DNA from: Ostrea edulis
Taxonomy: Eukaryota
NCBI RefSeq assembly: GCF_947568905.1
Contig: NC_079166.1
Coordinates: 7,378,001-7,442,000, forward strand
Direction: 5' to 3'
DNA length: 64,000 nt
Shown here: in pieces, positions 62,078 through 64,000 of the stretch
Layout: each line of letters begins with the position of its first letter
How positions within the stretch are numbered: position 1 is the first letter of the stretch
The notes under the pieces: model-generated
Database searches by the model: none
Seen by the model: only the letters and a program-made list of their open reading frames with translations
Told to the model about the DNA's origin: nothing
Position numbers and translations under genes: made by a program

Positions 62078-62290
62078 CAGTAAAATAATCTGTATCTCGA
62101 ATATGGTTTATCGCGAATACCCTGCTTGAGTCGAAGTCGACCGCCGGTCCCGGCCGTTTTCCCCATATAAATGATTATAAAAAACTTCTGATATTTCGAA
62201 CACGGTAATCTCGAATATTCCGCTTATATCGAAGTATTTCCAAGGTCCCATACCCTAAATTCACCCGGTTTATCTCGAAATGCAGTCAAT
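62078..62290 (+). mobile_element. TA-CAGTAAAA-type DNA element end marking the right edge of the duplication
   Basis: TACAGTAAAATAATCTGTATCTCGAA with repeated TATCTCGAA/TATCGAAGT motifs; begins about 15 bp from the MTase3 acceptor; partner end not confidently found. Confidence 0.5.
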
Positions 62291-63276
62291 TTTCCGCTCT
62301 GCTTCCCATATCAGGCGTCGTTAAGACACACATTCACACCCGCGGATACATCAATTATAATTAATGACCGCTAATCCAAGCTCGCCTTTTCCGAGTAGAC
62401 TCAGGTCGCCATAAATGGTTCAACAGCTTGGGTGATTAGTGCAGCCGTCCAACATTACAGCTAAAGTTCACCACCAATTATGAACTAACACACCCGATTC
62501 CAAAGATGGTGTTTTGAATGACACACGCTCTATCATTAACATGTGGGTTAGATAAACGCACAAAATCGTCGAAGTACGCTTGAAGGTAATGCTCTTAATA
62601 AGGATAATGCATTTAATAATACACACTTCATCATTAACTCTAGTACAGAGAAAACACAAACAATTATTTAATAAACATTTAAAAGTGGTTTTTTTAATCC
62701 GTCTTTTTTTGTTTGTTTTTTTATTACAACGCATTACATTACATTACAACTACATCCCAGTCGAGCCTGGATATCAGTAAACTTAAAGTAAGCATACAGG
62801 CACGATCATCTTAATTTTGAAACACATTGTGAATTCAATTGGATGTTTATATATATTAAAAATCCGAAATGTAACCGGTCGACAGGGGATATTTACTCCT
62901 TCTAGGCACTTGACCCCACCTCCGGTGTGTCCAGGGGTCCGTGTTTGCCCAACTATTTATTTTGTATTCCTTATATGTAAAACATAGATCACTTTCCTTA
63001 TCTTGACATTTCATACAATTTATGATATTAGGCATCTTTATCCTGATCCATCCGATTTGCAATCTCAATAATGTTTCTCAATAATCGAAAACGTTCCTAA
63101 CTAAGGGGAGTAACATGTACCCCGGCGTTGATATTTTATACTGTAAATACTTAAGCAGGTGACGTTACTGTTTCTTTCAGATGGATCAAAGATGTCAGGG
63201 ATACTGAAAGCACAGCATTTTGGTCTTAGTATTCGGTCAGTTGAAATACAAAAAATTTCCTAGCGGCCCTCATTGA

Positions 63277-64000
63277 CAATATCGTCGTGGTCTTTGGTGA
63301 TCAGGTCTTCCGACAGTCTGTTGGAATTCCCATGGTCACGAATTGTGCTCCTTTGTTAGCTGACCTGTTTGTATATTCATATGAAGCATCATTTATTCAA
63401 AAATTTCTACATGAGAAGACAAAATATTTCGCTATGGCCTTCAATTCGACATTTCGATATATCGATGACGTTTTGTCTATTAACAATAATAACATTCATT
63501 CACATGTCGATTCAATATATCCCTGTGAGCTCGAAATAAAGAACACCACAGAGTCGTCCACTTCTGCTTCAGACTTAGATATTTTATTGAAAGTAGACAT
63601 TAACGGCAAACTGACAACTCAACTGTATGACAAACGGGATGATTTCAGCTTCTCCATCGTCAACTTTCCATATTTATGTAACAATAGTCCATTATCACCT
63701 GCACATGGTGTATATATATCTCAACTGATTCGAAAAGCAAGAGCTTGTTCTGCATATGGTAAGTTTTTAAACCGAGGCAAATTACTGACAAACAAGTTGA
63801 TGGTACAGGAGTTTCAACAGTCTCCATTAAAGTCAGCATTTATCAAATCCCATGGTCGTTGTAACGATCTAGCTTGCCAATCATTGGGTCAAATGCTATC
63901 TGACGTGTTTCATATTGAATGTTAGGCCGTTCTTGGCACGCTGATTTTGACTGCGAATAGCTTGGTTTATCTAATCAGCATATATGGTACACGGTGGGTG
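63277..64000 (+). mobile_element. Penelope-like (Naiad-type) reverse transcriptase fragment, degenerate
   Basis: ORF 63287-63925: GIPMVTNCAPLLADLF, RYIDD, LDILL, LYDKRDDFSFSIVNFP, GVYISQLIR. No C-terminal GIY-YIG; followed by the family 3' tail. Confidence 0.85.

Noticed and set aside
62078-63150. Pairing of the TACAGT end at 62078 with ACTGTA at ~63140 as one element
   Set aside because: Similarity beyond six bases is too weak.
63287-63925. Selenoprotein-type Naiad (in-frame UGA plus SECIS)
   Set aside because: No in-frame TGA in the visible RT fragment and no convincing SECIS.
1-64000. Prokaryotic defence or operon-type system
   Set aside because: Spliceosomal introns, microsatellites and animal TE families throughout; no bacterial gene organisation.

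Overview
AT-rich, intron-containing animal DNA, not prokaryotic. The repeat families (Naiad-like Penelope 3' ends, a pearl/HINE-like element, tRNA SINEs) and perlucin-like lectins point to a bivalve, probably an oyster (inference). All gene models were assembled by hand from GT/GC-AG sites and reading-frame phase. The minus strand carries three head-to-tail copies of a two-gene unit: a class I SAM-dependent methyltransferase (Rv2258c-like) followed about 1.7-2.1 kb downstream by a secreted C-type lectin. Unit 1 is MTase1 14895-10383 then lectin A 8713-6176. Unit 2 is MTase2 49712-45466 then lectin B 43400-37517. Unit 3 is a broken MTase last exon 62062-61505 then lectin A' 59509-56062. Units 1 and 3 lie in a ~10 kb segmental duplication with a near-identical part and an older part. 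Between units 1 and 2 are a decayed Tc1 element, several fold-back elements, a 138-N gap, and a large EnSpm/CMC-like DNA transposon. That transposon has a 13-exon transposase, a divergently transcribed 8-exon ORF of unknown function, and a CACAG terminus. A dispersed repeat encodes a minimal type I hammerhead ribozyme, with four copies having an intact core on the + strand. No rRNA, CRISPR array or convincing tRNA gene was found.
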